Assembly (NCBI RefSeq): GCF_021028975.2
Contig: NC_059429.1
Location: 78,182,192 to 78,246,000 of the forward strand
DNA: 63,809 nt
Source of the DNA: Sphaerodactylus townsendi
Taxonomy: Eukaryota
Direction: 5' to 3'
Notes under the pieces: generated by a model
Database searches by the model: none
What the model was told of the DNA's origin: nothing
Seen by the model: only the letters and a program-made list of their open reading frames with translations
Part shown: piece after piece, positions 27,595-40,939 of the stretch
Position numbering within the stretch: position 1 is the first letter of the stretch
Layout of the letters: each line of letters opens with the position of its first letter
Program-made: the position numbers and the translations under genes

Positions 27595-27840
27595 TGTGTG
27601 CTGTCAAGTCACAACTGAAACATGGTGACCCCATACAATTTTCAAGACTGAGATGTTCAGAGATGGTTTGCCATTGTCTGCAGCCACGTCACAACATTGG
27701 TGGTCCTTGGAGGGTGCCCATCCATTGGTGGTCCTTGGAGGTTGCCCATTGGTGGTCCTTAGAGGTTGCCCATGCAAATTCTAACGAGGACCAACCCTGC
27801 TTAGTTCTGAGATCTGACATAATGAGGGCTATCCCGATCA
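27595..27840 (-). mobile_element. 5S rRNA-derived SINE
   Basis: Same family as 9250-9460; contains a 3x tandem expansion of cattggtggtcctt(g/a)gagg. Confidence 0.7.
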
Positions 27841-27964
27841 GTCTATTGGTTTAGATGGATGTAGTATTGCACAGCAATTTGTGCATTTGTGGTGCTGAGG
27901 ATATTGGAGACATTCCTTTGCATCAATCCAGTGCAGAGTGGAAATTGTCATTTTCTACAGACCT

Positions 27965-28105
27965 TCTGGTTAGTACTTGGATGTGTGATCACCAAGGAAT
28001 ACCAGAGCTGTTATGCAGAGGAAGGAAATGGCAAACCACCTGTTAGCCTCTTGCCTTAAAAATGCTACTGATTGTCATAAATTGGCTGTGACTTGATAGT
28101 ACTTT
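27965..28105 (+). mobile_element. 5S rRNA-derived SINE fragment
   Basis: ctggttagtacttggatg (5S-like) followed by an aatggcaaaccacc RTE/Sauria-like tail. Confidence 0.65.
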
Positions 28106-28688
28106 ACCCGCACACACAGACTTTCTTCTTTTCTTCTTCACCTCCACCTACATTTCTATGTTGGCACACAGAGAGATATCCTCCATCACACTATTCTGCT
28201 TGAGATCTTGCATGGCTCACGAAGTGACACAGTGAAGGTCACTCCTAGTCTAACAGTTTGTATTAAGGTTCTTGAAGCGTGCCAGAGACAGAAACTCCAA
28301 CATACTCCAGTGTGAAAACCCCAGATATATGAAAATGATGTTATGATAACAACCACATTTGTTTAAGGATGGGGATAAAGCAAAAAGTGGGTATGAGTGA
28401 ACCCTGAGTCAGTGAAGAGCCAGATGTGTCACAGTGAAAAGAAGAAAGGATTGCTGTGTGGTTAGAGGTGTCATGTATGAGATGAAAAATCAGATGAGAT
28501 CCTGGATGTTTGACAAGCAATAGGCAGGCACAAGAGGAAATCAGAGTAGGTCAATGGTAAACCTCAAAGGCTTTTTGTAATTTTAACTCACTGCACAATC
28601 CTTCTTCAGTTCTTTTGCTAGGCTAATAGCTAATATTGCTGCAGGCAGAAAGCAGCTGCCCCTCTTCACCAGGCAGTGACTGACTCAT

Positions 28689-28690
<2 letters not shown>

Positions 28691-28751
<61 letters not shown>
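28691..28751. repeat. (TG)n microsatellite
   Basis: About 30 units. Confidence 0.98.
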
Positions 28752-28753
<2 letters not shown>

Positions 28754-29419
28754 GCACTTAATTTTTCCAAGGATGCCACTATAGCTGAATCAAAGGGAGG
28801 GGCTGAGGGCAGCTTCAAAAGCAAAACAAGGAACAAAAGACTTCCTTGTTATGTGATCCTGAGGAGACCCCCTCCTCTTTCTGTTCCCATCAATCCATCT
28901 AGCCAGTATAGCTAGTTAACGATTCCCCAGTGCTTTTTGAGAGCTTAAATTGAAAAGCACTAGAAAAATGCAAATCAGACATAGGAGTTGCTCTGCTCAA
29001 AGGCAGCAAAAATCAAATGTAAAGAGGCAGGCGGGCACTTCTGAACACCCAGTGGGTGCTTTGTCCCCCACACAATGTGCACATTGTCAGACTTACTGGA
29101 GGGGATCTGGAAAGAAACAATTTCTGTGGCAGCACTCACATTCCTATTAACTACAGCACCAACACTTACAGAGTAGCAGAAATATTCACCAAGGCTGCAT
29201 CCACATATCATTGGGTATTGTGCATCATTGCAGAAGAGAAATCATATGGTATTGTGGACACATCTATCCAGTCGCAAATGACTGCTGTAATGCAACATAG
29301 TCATGTATGATGCAGCCGATGTATGATACAGTCACTCTGGTTAGAGTTTGGCACGGAATAATGTTCTGATCCCACCAGGTCCAAAGAAATACAAATGCCC
29401 AGGATGGGAAAGTGGGGAA

Positions 29420-29640
29420 CGCCTCCCTACGAACACAGCACAGACTTCCTTGTTGCTCCCTCAGAATGTTCTGATATTTGTTCATCATGCCTAATAGCCC
29501 ACGATGAAGCTATTGCTTCCATGAATTTGTCTCATCTTCTCTTAATGCCACCTAAACTAGTGGCCACCATTATATCCTGCAGTAGCAAATCCATCAAGTT
29601 TCACAATCCCTTTTGTCTGTCCTGCAGAAGGTGCTTAAAG
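29420..29640 (-). mobile_element. CR1 LINE 3' fragment, old
   Basis: ctaatagcc...tccatgaatttgtct...gtggccacca resembles the reverse complement of sauropsid CR1 3' ends. Confidence 0.55.
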
Positions 29641-32218
29641 AAAAAAAAATAACCTAGAAGATAAAGGGCTGTTGAGTGAAAGGGGCCCATGTTTGGCCAT
29701 AAGGATGGCACTCTCTCTATTTCTTGTGGCAGATTTTATCCTGGGTGACTCTGCCCACAGAAACCACTGACTTGTGTAGTGGTTCCCTGATGTCTGAGGC
29801 AGCTTACAAGAGGCTCACGTGTCATGTCAGCCCTGGACAGAACCATTCCATGTACAGAGTAAAAGCAGACTTTGCGTCTGCTGCAACTGTGCAAAGGCAT
29901 GCCTAACACACCAGAATGGGTCTACTTTTGGAGTAGTGAGTGAGAACAGCGCTTCCAGGCCAAAAGCAATACGCAAATCACTACTTCTGATATAGTACCT
30001 CTTAGGAAGTGACTGCATACTCACAGCACTCCTGCCATTCTCTATAAGGAGCCAAGGGTTGGGGATGTCATTGCCAGGAGTGCTCCATAATTGGCTATTG
30101 CTGGCTTACAGCCTATCCATCCACTGCACCTATCTATCCAACCCCCAGTCCACACATGCCAAGGACTGTGCAATCTTTTGTGGCTGGCTTATCAATGTAA
30201 ACAGTTCCCAGGGAGTAAGGGCTTGTCAGGAACTGGCTCCTGCTGAGTCGGTGAAAGTAGCAAGGCCAGAACACAATGTGAAGCAATGTTGCATGGACAA
30301 AACAATCCACTGGCAAAAACAAGACCAGTCTGTGGCAAGCAGCAGCAGCCATTGGAGTTTTTCTCGGGTCAAAGAAACAAGCCTGTACTGGAAGCACTTA
30401 TAAGAGCTTACCTGGTTGTCATTTCCATGATACAATTTCCTGCCTCCTGAACATATTGACTAAAAACTGAAAGTGGCACTCAGATAACTCTGATGAAGGG
30501 AACGAGATAAGTGACCCCAGCAAAGCTGTGTAGCTGACAGATTCCCATGGGTTGCTAAGATCTAGATCAATATGGGCACTGGTGAGACCTGTGATATGGC
30601 CCTGCTGCGGCATTTCCCCCCCCCTCCTTCCCCAGCATGGATGCCATCACATCAATCAGCAGACTAGCTCTTTGCCAAGACAACAGTTCCACCTATGATG
30701 TTTCATGAATTCCCTGGGGAGGCTGACAAGTCAGGGAGCAACTATTCAAGGGAAAATGGCACTGTGTGGAAGCACAGTTAAGCCCCTACCACCCATTCTC
30801 AAGCATCACTCACTGGAAAGGGAAAAGTTAAGTCAGCTTCCATTACAGGCGGCAGAACTGCTCATGCAGAGTTAATTGCTTCTGTCCTGGTTCTTTTAGT
30901 CTAAATGGGTGTTAATTCTCTTTATAGCACAACAGATGGCAGGCTGCTTTGCATGCATTCAAATGTACCTCTAAAATCCTAAGTGGACATTAGTGTCAGA
31001 AGTGGCAGGCGCGCCCCTACATGCAGATAGTGCCTTTCTTGTGTTGAAAGGATATATAAATGTAATGTATGTGTGTATGTGTGCGAATGCATTCATATAA
31101 GAGCAATTGAGGAATAAACTGTATAATATTCTGGTATCTGTAGCTTGGGAACTTGATATCTGGATATACAGGCATGCTTATAAGCGCAAGCCCATGAAAG
31201 GAAGGGCTATGGTGCATGAATCTCCCCCCCCCCCCCCATCATTGTGCTCCAACTTGCGTATGATAGACAAAAGTAATCTTTTTCTGTGCAGGAGACAAAT
31301 TGGTTTTTCCCCCTCTTGCAGACGTCAGAAATGTGGGCTTGAGGAGGTGAGAAAAATACAGTGATACTGTTTGTGTTCATTTCTGTGTGTGGAAGAGAAA
31401 GAGCCTGCCTGAGTTGGTGTCTAGACAGGCCTATGTTGCTCTTAAAAGATGTACACCAACTGTGTTGTTTTGTTCTGTTCAATGGTAGCTGGTCATGGTA
31501 GCCAAGAGGTTCTGAACCCCAGTAACCAATACATGACCTGTTGGATTCACACAGGCAAATACTTGATAGCTCCCTAACGTATCAGCTTATCTCCTCTCAG
31601 ATCCCAAGTTCATGACTGATAATGATAGAAAGGCCTAATTCCAGCACAATGTGTGGTTTTTCTGCAAAAAGTTTGATCCCCTACCATTAGTTTTTACAGT
31701 AGAGATGGCCAAAGCTCCTGAAAAGCTGTTAATCAACTTGAATGCTAAGTTTATCTAAAAATAGCAGAGGACCACATTGTAGCAGAGGGCTACACTGTGA
31801 TCTCTAGCCAATTAAAGGGCTTGAAATCGGACACCAGCTGTTCCTGTTACCAGTATTAAAACAGGAAGAGTCAGCATTTAGCTTGGGTTCTTAAAGAGAG
31901 ACTGATCTTGCCCTCAATTTGAAAAACTTGCCCCTCCACTACAGAATGTTTTGGAATCTTGTTTGCCACTTACTGGGTCCCAAGCTGCTACAGGGTGTGT
32001 GTGTGTTCTTGGTTAGGAAAGATAAAAGAATGAAACTACATGTATACCTCATTTTATTGTGCTTTGCAGATACTGTGTTCTTTACAAAGGTAAAATTGTG
32101 GCAACGCTCTTTCAAGAAAATGTACGGGTGTTATTTTTCCAATACCACGTGCTTAGCTCACATTTTGATAATTCTCACAATATCTCTAACTTTTTCGTTG
32201 TTGTTGTTGTTGTTGTTG

Positions 32219-32620
32219 CAGAGGCATAGCTAGGGGAAATGGAGCCTAGTGCAAAATCTGAGTTTTGTGCCCCCCCCCGTATGGCCGCCCTCTCCCACTA
32301 TGACCAAGGAACAATTTTTGCACCATGTCATCTCAAAATCACCATCACATTATAGAACATGCCCCAACTCACAAATATGAACACACACAGGGCTTCCTAG
32401 TTTAAACAACATTGAAAGTGATGCTGGTTTTTTTTGGGGGGGGGGGTCCACCCTGAATCAGCATCACTTTTAATGTTGTTTAGACTAGAGAGCCCAGATT
32501 CTCCTTTCAAATCCACCTTAAAGGGAGAATCTGGGCTCCCTAGTTTAAACAACATTGAAAATGATGCTGTTTCAGGGTAGATTCCCCACCCACCACCCAA
32601 ACAGCATCACTTTCAATGTT
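32219..32620. mobile_element. hAT-like non-autonomous element end, nested in the Tigger-like element
   Basis: cagaggcatagctaggggaaatggagcc...; reverse complement of the end at 52660-52714; shares the ttgaaagtgatgctg subrepeats. Confidence 0.75.
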
Positions 32621-32860
32621 GGTTGTTGTGGGTTTTCCAGGCTGCATGACCGTGGTCTGGTAGATCTTGTCCCGAATGTTTCACCTGCATCTGTGGCTGG
32701 CATCTTCAGATGTGTATCACAGAGGGAAGTCTGTTTTACACTGTGTCCAGACTTCTCTTATAACAGAGTTCTCTCTGTGATACATCTCTGAAGATGCCAG
32801 CCACAGATGCAGGTCAAACATTTGGGACAAAATCTACCAAGGTCGCACAGCCTGGAAAAC
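32621..32860. mobile_element. Penelope terminal repeats in inverted arrangement
   Basis: Two inverted arms of about 100 bp homologous to 60400-60510. Confidence 0.8.
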
Positions 32861-33717
32861 TTTTATATGCACAAGGAAACCAAAGAATCTGTGTGACTTG
32901 CTCTATTACAATATTTGCTTTATTATGGTAATCTGGAACTGGACCCGTAATATCTCTGAAATATGTCTATAGAGGAAGCGTATAGATTTCCATGGTGTAG
33001 AAGATATCCAGTGGCATGTCTGTGGAGCCAGGGAAGAGAACTCTACTCTGATGAAGGACTTTTAATTCTGGAAATTAGTGGTCCAGAGACTGCAGATCCA
33101 TGATAATGCTAGGCGTGGAGTCTAATGGATAACTGATCTGTAACACACGATAGCATAGCCATTCTTCTTTAAGAATGTAGATATATTACTGCATATGTCT
33201 TTTCCAATAAATATTGGGGTTATTTTTTATTGTACAGTGCTAGTACAAGCTAACCAAATACATTGTTTCATCAATGGAAGTAGACACAGCTAAAAAGAAA
33301 ATAAAAAGCATTAACACAGGCAATTTTTCCTAATATTTTATTTTTGCCTGGCACAATGTGAGCATATATAAATAAGAGCATACTGCTGGAGCCACAGAGA
33401 GGGATAAAGAAACCCAATTTCCACAGTGAAACATGGGAAGCAGCCATAGGAATCCACACAGCTCTGTGCACACATGTTCTACAATTTACCTACCTCTACC
33501 CAGATACTGGGTTCTTTCTGATTTAGGCACCCAATCTAAGTGCATCTCTCTGCATAGTCAATATTTTCACACTTTCATTAGCTCTACAAAGAAATCATGC
33601 ATTGTGATTAGCCACTGTCATACTCCCCTTAGCAGATGAGAGCTTTCTTTGCTCTTTAGACACACTCGTCAGGAACTATGACATGACCAGAAGCTCACAG
33701 GGCAGAGAATTACTCAC

Positions 33718-33781
33718 TCTGCAGTTACCCAGTTCCTCTGCAGAAAGGATGATGGTGCCACACTTCTTCCCTGGAATCCCC
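33718..33781 (-). CDS. CPNE5: Copine-5 coding exon, 64 nt, phase 2 to 0: GIPGKKCGTIILSAEELGNCR
   Basis: ttgcttttcag acceptor, gtgagt donor; conserved copine peptide. Confidence 0.96.
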
Positions 33782-36226
33782 CTGAAAAGCAAAAGAGAAT
33801 GGCTCAGCAACCAGGCAGAAAGTGAATAAAATATATGGCTTGTAATTAGCCTATCCACACCAGATCCAATATTGGATTGAGCTGCAACCTATTTCCTCTC
33901 CAAGGGGTCAGAGTGACATATTCACCTCGTAACAATTCCATTAAGGAGTCTGGCTGAAAAAGACTGGCTCTTGCAACGCCACCTGGTAAGTTTCATAGCT
34001 TAGAAGGCTATCTGACTCTGGGCTTTCCACCTAAAAAGCCAGTCTTTGATAGCCAACACATTGGCCAATTATACACTGGTGCTCTGCCCTGCGCTGAAGG
34101 GAGATTCTTTTCGGGGCAGATCCCATAATCTCTGCTGTTTGTGAAAGGGGGCAAAGACTGACCTTTCCCTGCTTCACAGGGAAGTTGAAAGAAATGGCCC
34201 TGCATTATTCTTTGCTTCAGGCTTTTTGGTTCCACTCCTCCTCCCGGACTCTACTTCTACCCTCCCTAATAATCAGGAGGGCTTTAAAAAACTTTATTTC
34301 AACTTGAAGGATTTGTACCGTATTAGAGTTATCGAAATAATGACAGATCTAATACAGGAATATCAAAATAACAAGTCTCTCCCTACACGGCAGTAGCAGT
34401 GTTAGGAATTTTGTGTGTGTGTGTGTGTGTGTCTGTGTAAGGAGGGAGGGAGGGAGGGAGGGAGAATATCAGTTCTAGGACACAGTCCCCTTCTTCAGCA
34501 GAGTGTGGTCCAGGGAATTTCTTTGCCTCTTTCATTTGGAGGGAGGATTATTTTTGGAAAGGGACTATAATATCAATATAATTGCAATATTATCAATATT
34601 GATATAACAGCCATTAAAAGGGCTTTAACAAAGCCAGCAATCTTGCCACTGTGTGTCTTTAAGAGTGGGTTGATGGGCGGAGTTGAGAGAACCAGAAAAA
34701 GCAGAGACCCTGAATATAAATGGAGAAATATGAGGGGACCCAACTTCAACCCCTGTGAAGCAAAGAACCCCAAGGCAAGCATTCTTTGCATAATGGGTCA
34801 TGGTTGTGACAATAAAGTCAAAGGACCTGTTTGCTGTACATCCAGTGCAGCTGGAGGTTTTGTTCAATAGGTATAAATGCAGAATAGTTGTGTGAAATGG
34901 CCTGGTTGTTGCTACATACCCCAGAAACCTTTTTTATTGTTATATTACTTCCATATTGCCTAATTTTTAACTCATTCACCTTTTCTTCTTCTTTTATTTG
35001 TGTATGCGTATTTGGGGTCAGGCTGGGCAAGGTTCCCTCAGGAAAGATGAACAGAAGTTGGCTTATCTGTATTATCTTTCCAGACTAATCATATTAAAAG
35101 AGAAATCTGTTATGATTGGCAGTGAAATTGTGCATTCAGGCTTGGCTCAGATAAATGTGCGCAAGTTTACAATTATGTAACAAACGAGAGGAAAACAGAG
35201 TAACGAATTAGGTTAAAAATGGGTCCATCTGAGTCGTTTTGCATTGGAGGAAAACATGCATGGGTTCTTCCACATGTGAAAACCACTGTCGTTGCTGCTA
35301 GAACAGATTGCTGCTGGAGCAGATTTGAGCATCCCTCCTTCCTTTGCATACTTGGGAAAAGAAGGCCAGCTTCAGAGTCACTGTGACATAAAATCTTAGG
35401 AACAGTTCCACAATGCGGTTTCACAAATGCTGAATAATGCACTTTCAAAACACTTTAAAAGCTTTTGAGCAATCATTTGCAAGTGGATCTTGTTTTTTCA
35501 CACCATAAAATCCAGTTGCAAAGTGCACTGAAAGTAGATTGAAAGTACATTCGTTATTTAGCTTGTGTGAAAGAGGTAGTAACTATTACTTAGACCTAAA
35601 ATATGTACCTCAGACCCCCCCATTCCCATTAGACCCTCGTTCATTCAAGTCTCTTGATCATCTGAATTTGTGTGTCTCCTTATTGACAAATATCTGATTT
35701 GCATGTTCCTGAGAAGCAATAAGAGCAGAATTGAGAGCACAATAAGAAGCAATATGCTGCAAATGGTTTTGCATTTAGAGATGTTATATCCAAGTTAAAA
35801 CCTCAACTCCCCACAGGGTGCAACATAATCTCTGCACCTATAGCTGGCTTTTCTTTATTTCACATCCAAGATTCTGTTGGGTGTGACCTGCTAGACATAA
35901 ACTTGGAATGCCATTCACTCCATGAAACAGCCAGAACAGCCAGTATAATTGCCAGGCTTGAAGTTTCATATGAAGACTTATTTTTAAACTAATATGTAAC
36001 TCTTAGTAAGAACTTCCATTCCTTGTGCAAATTATGTTTGTTTTATGCAACACCCAGTTTACAACAGACAGTAGGTGAAATATACTGGGTTAATACAAGA
36101 ATTAGCAGGCTCCCACCATTCTTGGTTTGTTTATCCATCCCTTCAATTAACCTATGATAAGAAACCCCTGGGTGGCTCCTTAGAAGGGGAGACTTCAGCA
36201 TGACTTTGATGATGATGATGACTTAC

Positions 36227-36286
36227 CCATTGGAGACTGAAGGCATCGGCTTTCCAGTTCTGGAATGTAATGTAAATGCTCCCATC
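36227..36286 (-). CDS. CPNE5: Copine-5-specific linker exon, 60 nt, phase 2 to 2: (M)MGAFTLHSRTGKPMPSVSN(G)
   Basis: (ttc)n-tttag acceptor and gtaagt donor. The peptide resembles the CPNE5 insert IGAFSLNSRTGKPMPAVSNG, which CPNE8/9 lack; this is the basis of the paralog call. Confidence 0.93.
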
Positions 36287-36769
36287 CTAAAGAAGAAGAA
36301 GAAGAAGAAGAAGAGAAAGAAAAGAAAAAACTAAAATTCCCAATGATAGCATATTTATGGTTTGGGGAAAGATGATCCTCTTCTCAGAGGTTCCTGTAAC
36401 ATTTTCTGCTTATTCCCAATCAATGCATGAACATAGCCTGATGCTGGTTCTGATTTTCAATCCAGGCCAGAGATGTTCATTCATTTATTAATGAATAAAG
36501 AAAAGCAAAAGAAATGTCCCACTTGTTATTGCCACTATAATGAGAACAACAAACAGGAAATTTAATTAAATGTGTTAATATTTATAATTTTGATTTATCT
36601 CCATTTTCTGGAAAATGGTTTAGAGTTCAAAGTGATCAGAAAACTTACAAGGAACCTTTCCAATTATCAAGCCAAGCAACAGAAGAGAACTGTATTGATA
36701 GGGTTTCTTTCCATGCTATTTCTACCAATTATCAGTGATTTGCAGTGCAATCCTAAGTAGAGTTAGGCT

Positions 36770-38320
36770 GCCATGGGTTTAGAAGGTTGAATTTGGATTG
36801 CACTGTTATCTGTTGATGGAGGGCTAGCAGGAAACCTTCCCAGATATATTGGCTCAGTGTCTGGGGGCTGTGGTAAGTGAGATGGTTGAAGCAGAGTTGA
36901 CTGAAACTTAATCCATTGAACAAAGAGGTCCTGTGCCTGGGCCAGAGAGGTTCAGGATTGGTACACCAGTTGCCAAATTTGGATACAGTAGAATTAACAC
37001 TTATTTCTACCATCAAGAACTTGGGTGTTACTCAGGATGTCTCCCTTTCTATGGAGGCTCCAATTGCAAATACAGCCATAGTGGCATTTTTTTCCATTCT
37101 CATGAGGCTAAGCAGTTTGTGCATTATCTGTCTTGCCCTACCAAGCCACTATGATCTACAGAACAGCTACCTCCAGACTAGACTAGTGTAACTGTACAGG
37201 GCTGCCCTTAAGGTTGTTCTGAAAACTTCAGCTGGTCCAGAAGATGAGAACCCTTGCCTTAATGGGGATGCCATTAAGATCCCACGTTCAGCCTGCACTC
37301 CACCAACTGCACTGGCTCCCAGTTGAACACCAGATTAGGTTCATGATTTTGGTGTTAAAATTTAAAGCCCTAATTGGTCTGGGACTGTTGTACCTGTGGG
37401 ACCACTTCTCCTAATACAGAAGTGTCTGGCTATTCTTAACTAAAGCTAGAGCTTTTTCAGTTTTGGCCCTAGCCTGAAACTCTCTTTTGGTCGATTCCTC
37501 AAGACTTATAGTGATCAACTTAAGTTCGAGCTGCAAGCCACTCCTAAGTGTCTCAAGAGACAACCACTGGGATCAACGTGGCTTTGTAGAAGCTTCGCCC
37601 CATGTAATGGTCAAATTTCTTACTCCAGTTGGGAACTACTACTTTTTCAGGGAACCACGCTCAAACTCAGCTCGATTCCAGTAAAGTGCGGAATCTCTGG
37701 TGCCAGGAGTCCCCCATTCAGCCAATCACAGCTGAGTGTTTCGGGCATGCGTACAGCTGACCAATCAAAAAATGCCACCTTCGTCCCTCCATTCCTGTGG
37801 CAGTTTTTTTAATAACGTGTGTGGGGATAGACGGAACATGGCTGTAGAACAGTAGCCAATCGGAACGGAGCAGCGAAGAGGCACAGGATGATTCCGCCCT
37901 CCGAGCTGGGATCAAGCTGGTTGCAGTGGGGAACAACAATGGCTTCGACCTAGGTTAGTACCCTTCTCAGGGAACTGGGTCGAACCTATTTTACTCGTGT
38001 GCGGAATTGCCCTTTGTCAACGGAGACCTGGGCCCTGCAGGATCTGGTCCAATTCCACAGGGCCTGTAGGATGGTCATCATTGTTGGACTCTCTACCCAA
38101 TCCCTCTTTCAGTTGCCTTTATTTATTGGTTTCTCTTAGCTTCTTTGGTTTTGGACACCCTGGGTAATGTGATTGAAATGAAATAATTGAAACGCCAATG
38201 GGGATTTTAATTTATTTTAATAAATGAGATTTTAAATTTTACTGTGTTTTTAACTGATCATATATTTTTGTTGTTAGCTGCTCTGAAAGAGCAGGATAAA
38301 AATCCAATAAAATAAAATAG
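36770..38320 (+). mobile_element. L2 LINE 3' fragment interrupted by a Harbinger-type MITE (37489-38012)
   Basis: Degenerate KLNP..EVL / KNLGV..D..LSM coding remnants and an aataaa-rich end; MITE TIRs ggtcgattcctca / tgcggaattgccc with ttt flanks. Confidence 0.7.
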
Positions 38321-39094
38321 ATGAAAATACTACAGTCAGTAACACATAGAAAGAATGAGCCAGATGCACTTTAACTAAGCAATCCATACAAGAAAGAAAA
38401 AGTAATTGTGTAAGGGCTTTTCTCCCATCCTTTAGTCATAAAGGGGTCTATACCCCCTACATAGCCTGTCCTATATTCACCCAGCAACCATGGGGTAACT
38501 GCAACTTTCATTTCCACCATGTAGCAATCTTAACTGCAGTACCAAAACTCAGCCAGTACCCCATACGTTACGGTGTGCCCTCTGTGGCTGTCAATCTCTG
38601 TCACTCTGCCAGTGAAAACTTGAACTATCTATTAAAAATGGAAATCTTTTTCTATCTTCCTGAACATTGGCAGGCAGTATCCCTTGGGTGACAGGTACAA
38701 CTTTTACCCCAGTTAGGTAGAAAACAAAGAACTTATCATTTTACTGTAGATGTTTCCCATTAAAATTAATAGAAAACAAAAACAAATGAAGGCAGTAATG
38801 GATGGAATCAAAATGAATAGTGTTTTAAAATGGTAACATAACAAAAGTTTGGGACTGTGATGACATATCATGTGCCAAAGCTTGCAAGAACCACAAGCCA
38901 TAGCCCAGCATCAGGTCACATTTATACACACATGTTTGTAAACTCAGCAAGTCCTCAGAAACAAAATACCAAAGAGAATTTTCATACCATTTTACATCAT
39001 TTCAAATACAACACTTCTCATGGAAAACAGCTCAAAAGTTCAGTGCAAGTAATCAAGACATCAGGAATGTACATGTATGTGTGAATCATAGCGT

Positions 39095-39280
39095 GTAGGA
39101 TTCGAATCTGGGAGACCTGGTTTTAAATCTGTGCTTGGCCATGGTGCTTCCCATGTGACCTTGGGCCAGTCACTCTCACTCAACCTATCCTACCTCACAG
39201 GGATAATGTGAGGATATAGGGTAAAGGGGACCCATGTATGCCACTATGAGCTTTTTGGAGGAAGGTGAATGGAATAAAAA
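39095..39280 (+). mobile_element. tRNA-derived SINE (Squam3/MIR-like), degenerate
   Basis: gtgaccttgggccagtcact...ctacctcacaggg...gtgaggata core. Confidence 0.65.
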
Positions 39281-40939
39281 TCCACTATATTGAATCTCCC
39301 CCTCATGCTAGTAATATAAGGGTAGAAGATGCCAGATAATTCCTATATCTGAGCAACTATGGGCACGTGAAAAGCCAATTTTTGCTTGAAAAAGGGCACT
39401 TAGCTAAGTCAGGACCAGCAGAGACGTTTCTTTGATAAATCCCATAAATGGCAAACTTGATCTGTTCAGGAGGGGTAACTTCTGGTTAATTTCTCTTAAG
39501 ATTTTTGTACATAAACACTTGTTCTTTCAGATGCTCACTCTCTGAAAACAACTTACACACTCCAGTGGAAGTTACATTTAAAGAGACAATATCGTGAGGG
39601 AAATGGCAAGCTTGCCAGTGATGAAGCACACTATGACCTTGACAAAATTATTATCCTGACTTTGGGATTCAGCTTGACAACTATATGCTTTTATAAAAAC
39701 TGGAGACAGATTGCTGCAACGAGGGAGTCTCTCTGAGTTTTTTCATCCCTCCATTCGCTGATGTTAAGAACAGTGACATCTTCTAATTTTCTCTCTCTTC
39801 TTTGGCTGTGGGCCATAGCTACAGAGACAGTGACTAATTCCCTTCCTTCACTGATACAGTTTCCTTGACAATATTTATAGAACCTGATTGAGGCCCCTTC
39901 CTCCTACCTCCGAAAGCTCTCAAAGGCCCACTTAGCTCCTCTCAGTATCTCTGATCCTTGGCTTGGCTCTTCATTTGAGCTGGAAAAGGCATCTGGAAAG
40001 TTACGAAATTTATAATCAGTTCATTTTGACAGAAGTCAATATGAACTTCTCTTTTCTTCCACCCTGCAAGGACATGTGGCTATCATGGGCATAATGAAGG
40101 ACAGAAATACAATTGGCACATAACAAACCTATGAATATTTCATTGTTAGTTTGAGAACTTCTCCCTTTTATCAGCCAGAGGAGAGGAGAGGGAGCTTATA
40201 GCTTTTTTTCCCTTTCTGGGTCAATCTCCCTTCTTTTTCCTAACTGTGGCTTCACCCATCTCCTCATCTGCCCACTTCCCTTTGTGTATTCCAGTCAGGA
40301 CTCCAAGAGGATATCTGTGACCCAAGGATATTCCCTGTCCTTTTGTAGATTCCTGGCACACTGAAAAGACTTGTAATAGACATGGTCTGTTACACAGTGG
40401 GCACTGTGCTTCCACTTTTTCTTGACCCTGCACTTCTACATGTGAAAGGTTAGTTGAACATCTGCTGTGTGCCACAGTAAACCAAATCATAGGATTCTAT
40501 AACTATATGAACACTATAAAAAGGCCCTGCCAAGTGGTGCACCACAGCCAAGGCCGCAGGGACTAACAAATTTGAGCTGTCTTGACAGGCAAAATTAGTA
40601 GTCATCGTGATTCTACATCGTCCCAGATCTGGGAAGGGATGTGATCTTATCTTGAACATCATGCTGAGCTTCAGAGACAGTCAGAGCATTTCCACTACTT
40701 AACACAAGATCAAAGACCATCCCCATTTTTTCTCAGTTCCAAGCACAAGATGATTTGGGAGTTCTGATGTAAATTCCACTTGGAAGATATATAGCTACCC
40801 AAAAGTTGTACATTATGTCAAAAAGCATATTTTCCAATAGTCTTATAGGTAGGTCTTTACAAGAACAAATGAGCTAATTGAGATCCTGATGTAAAAACTA
40901 ATTGGATAACATGGATCAGCTCTCAAACATTACACATTT

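Larger units (their letters stand above)
32039..32969 (+). mobile_element. Tigger1-like (pogo) internally deleted element containing nested insertions
   Basis: 32039-32200 and 32862-32969 resemble the 5' and 3' ends of Tigger1 as I recall them; TA on both sides. Confidence 0.75.

Noticed and set aside
33596-33601. RBFOX UGCAUG downstream of the 64-nt exon
   Set aside because: A single hexamer is expected by chance, and this exon is not frame-neutral.
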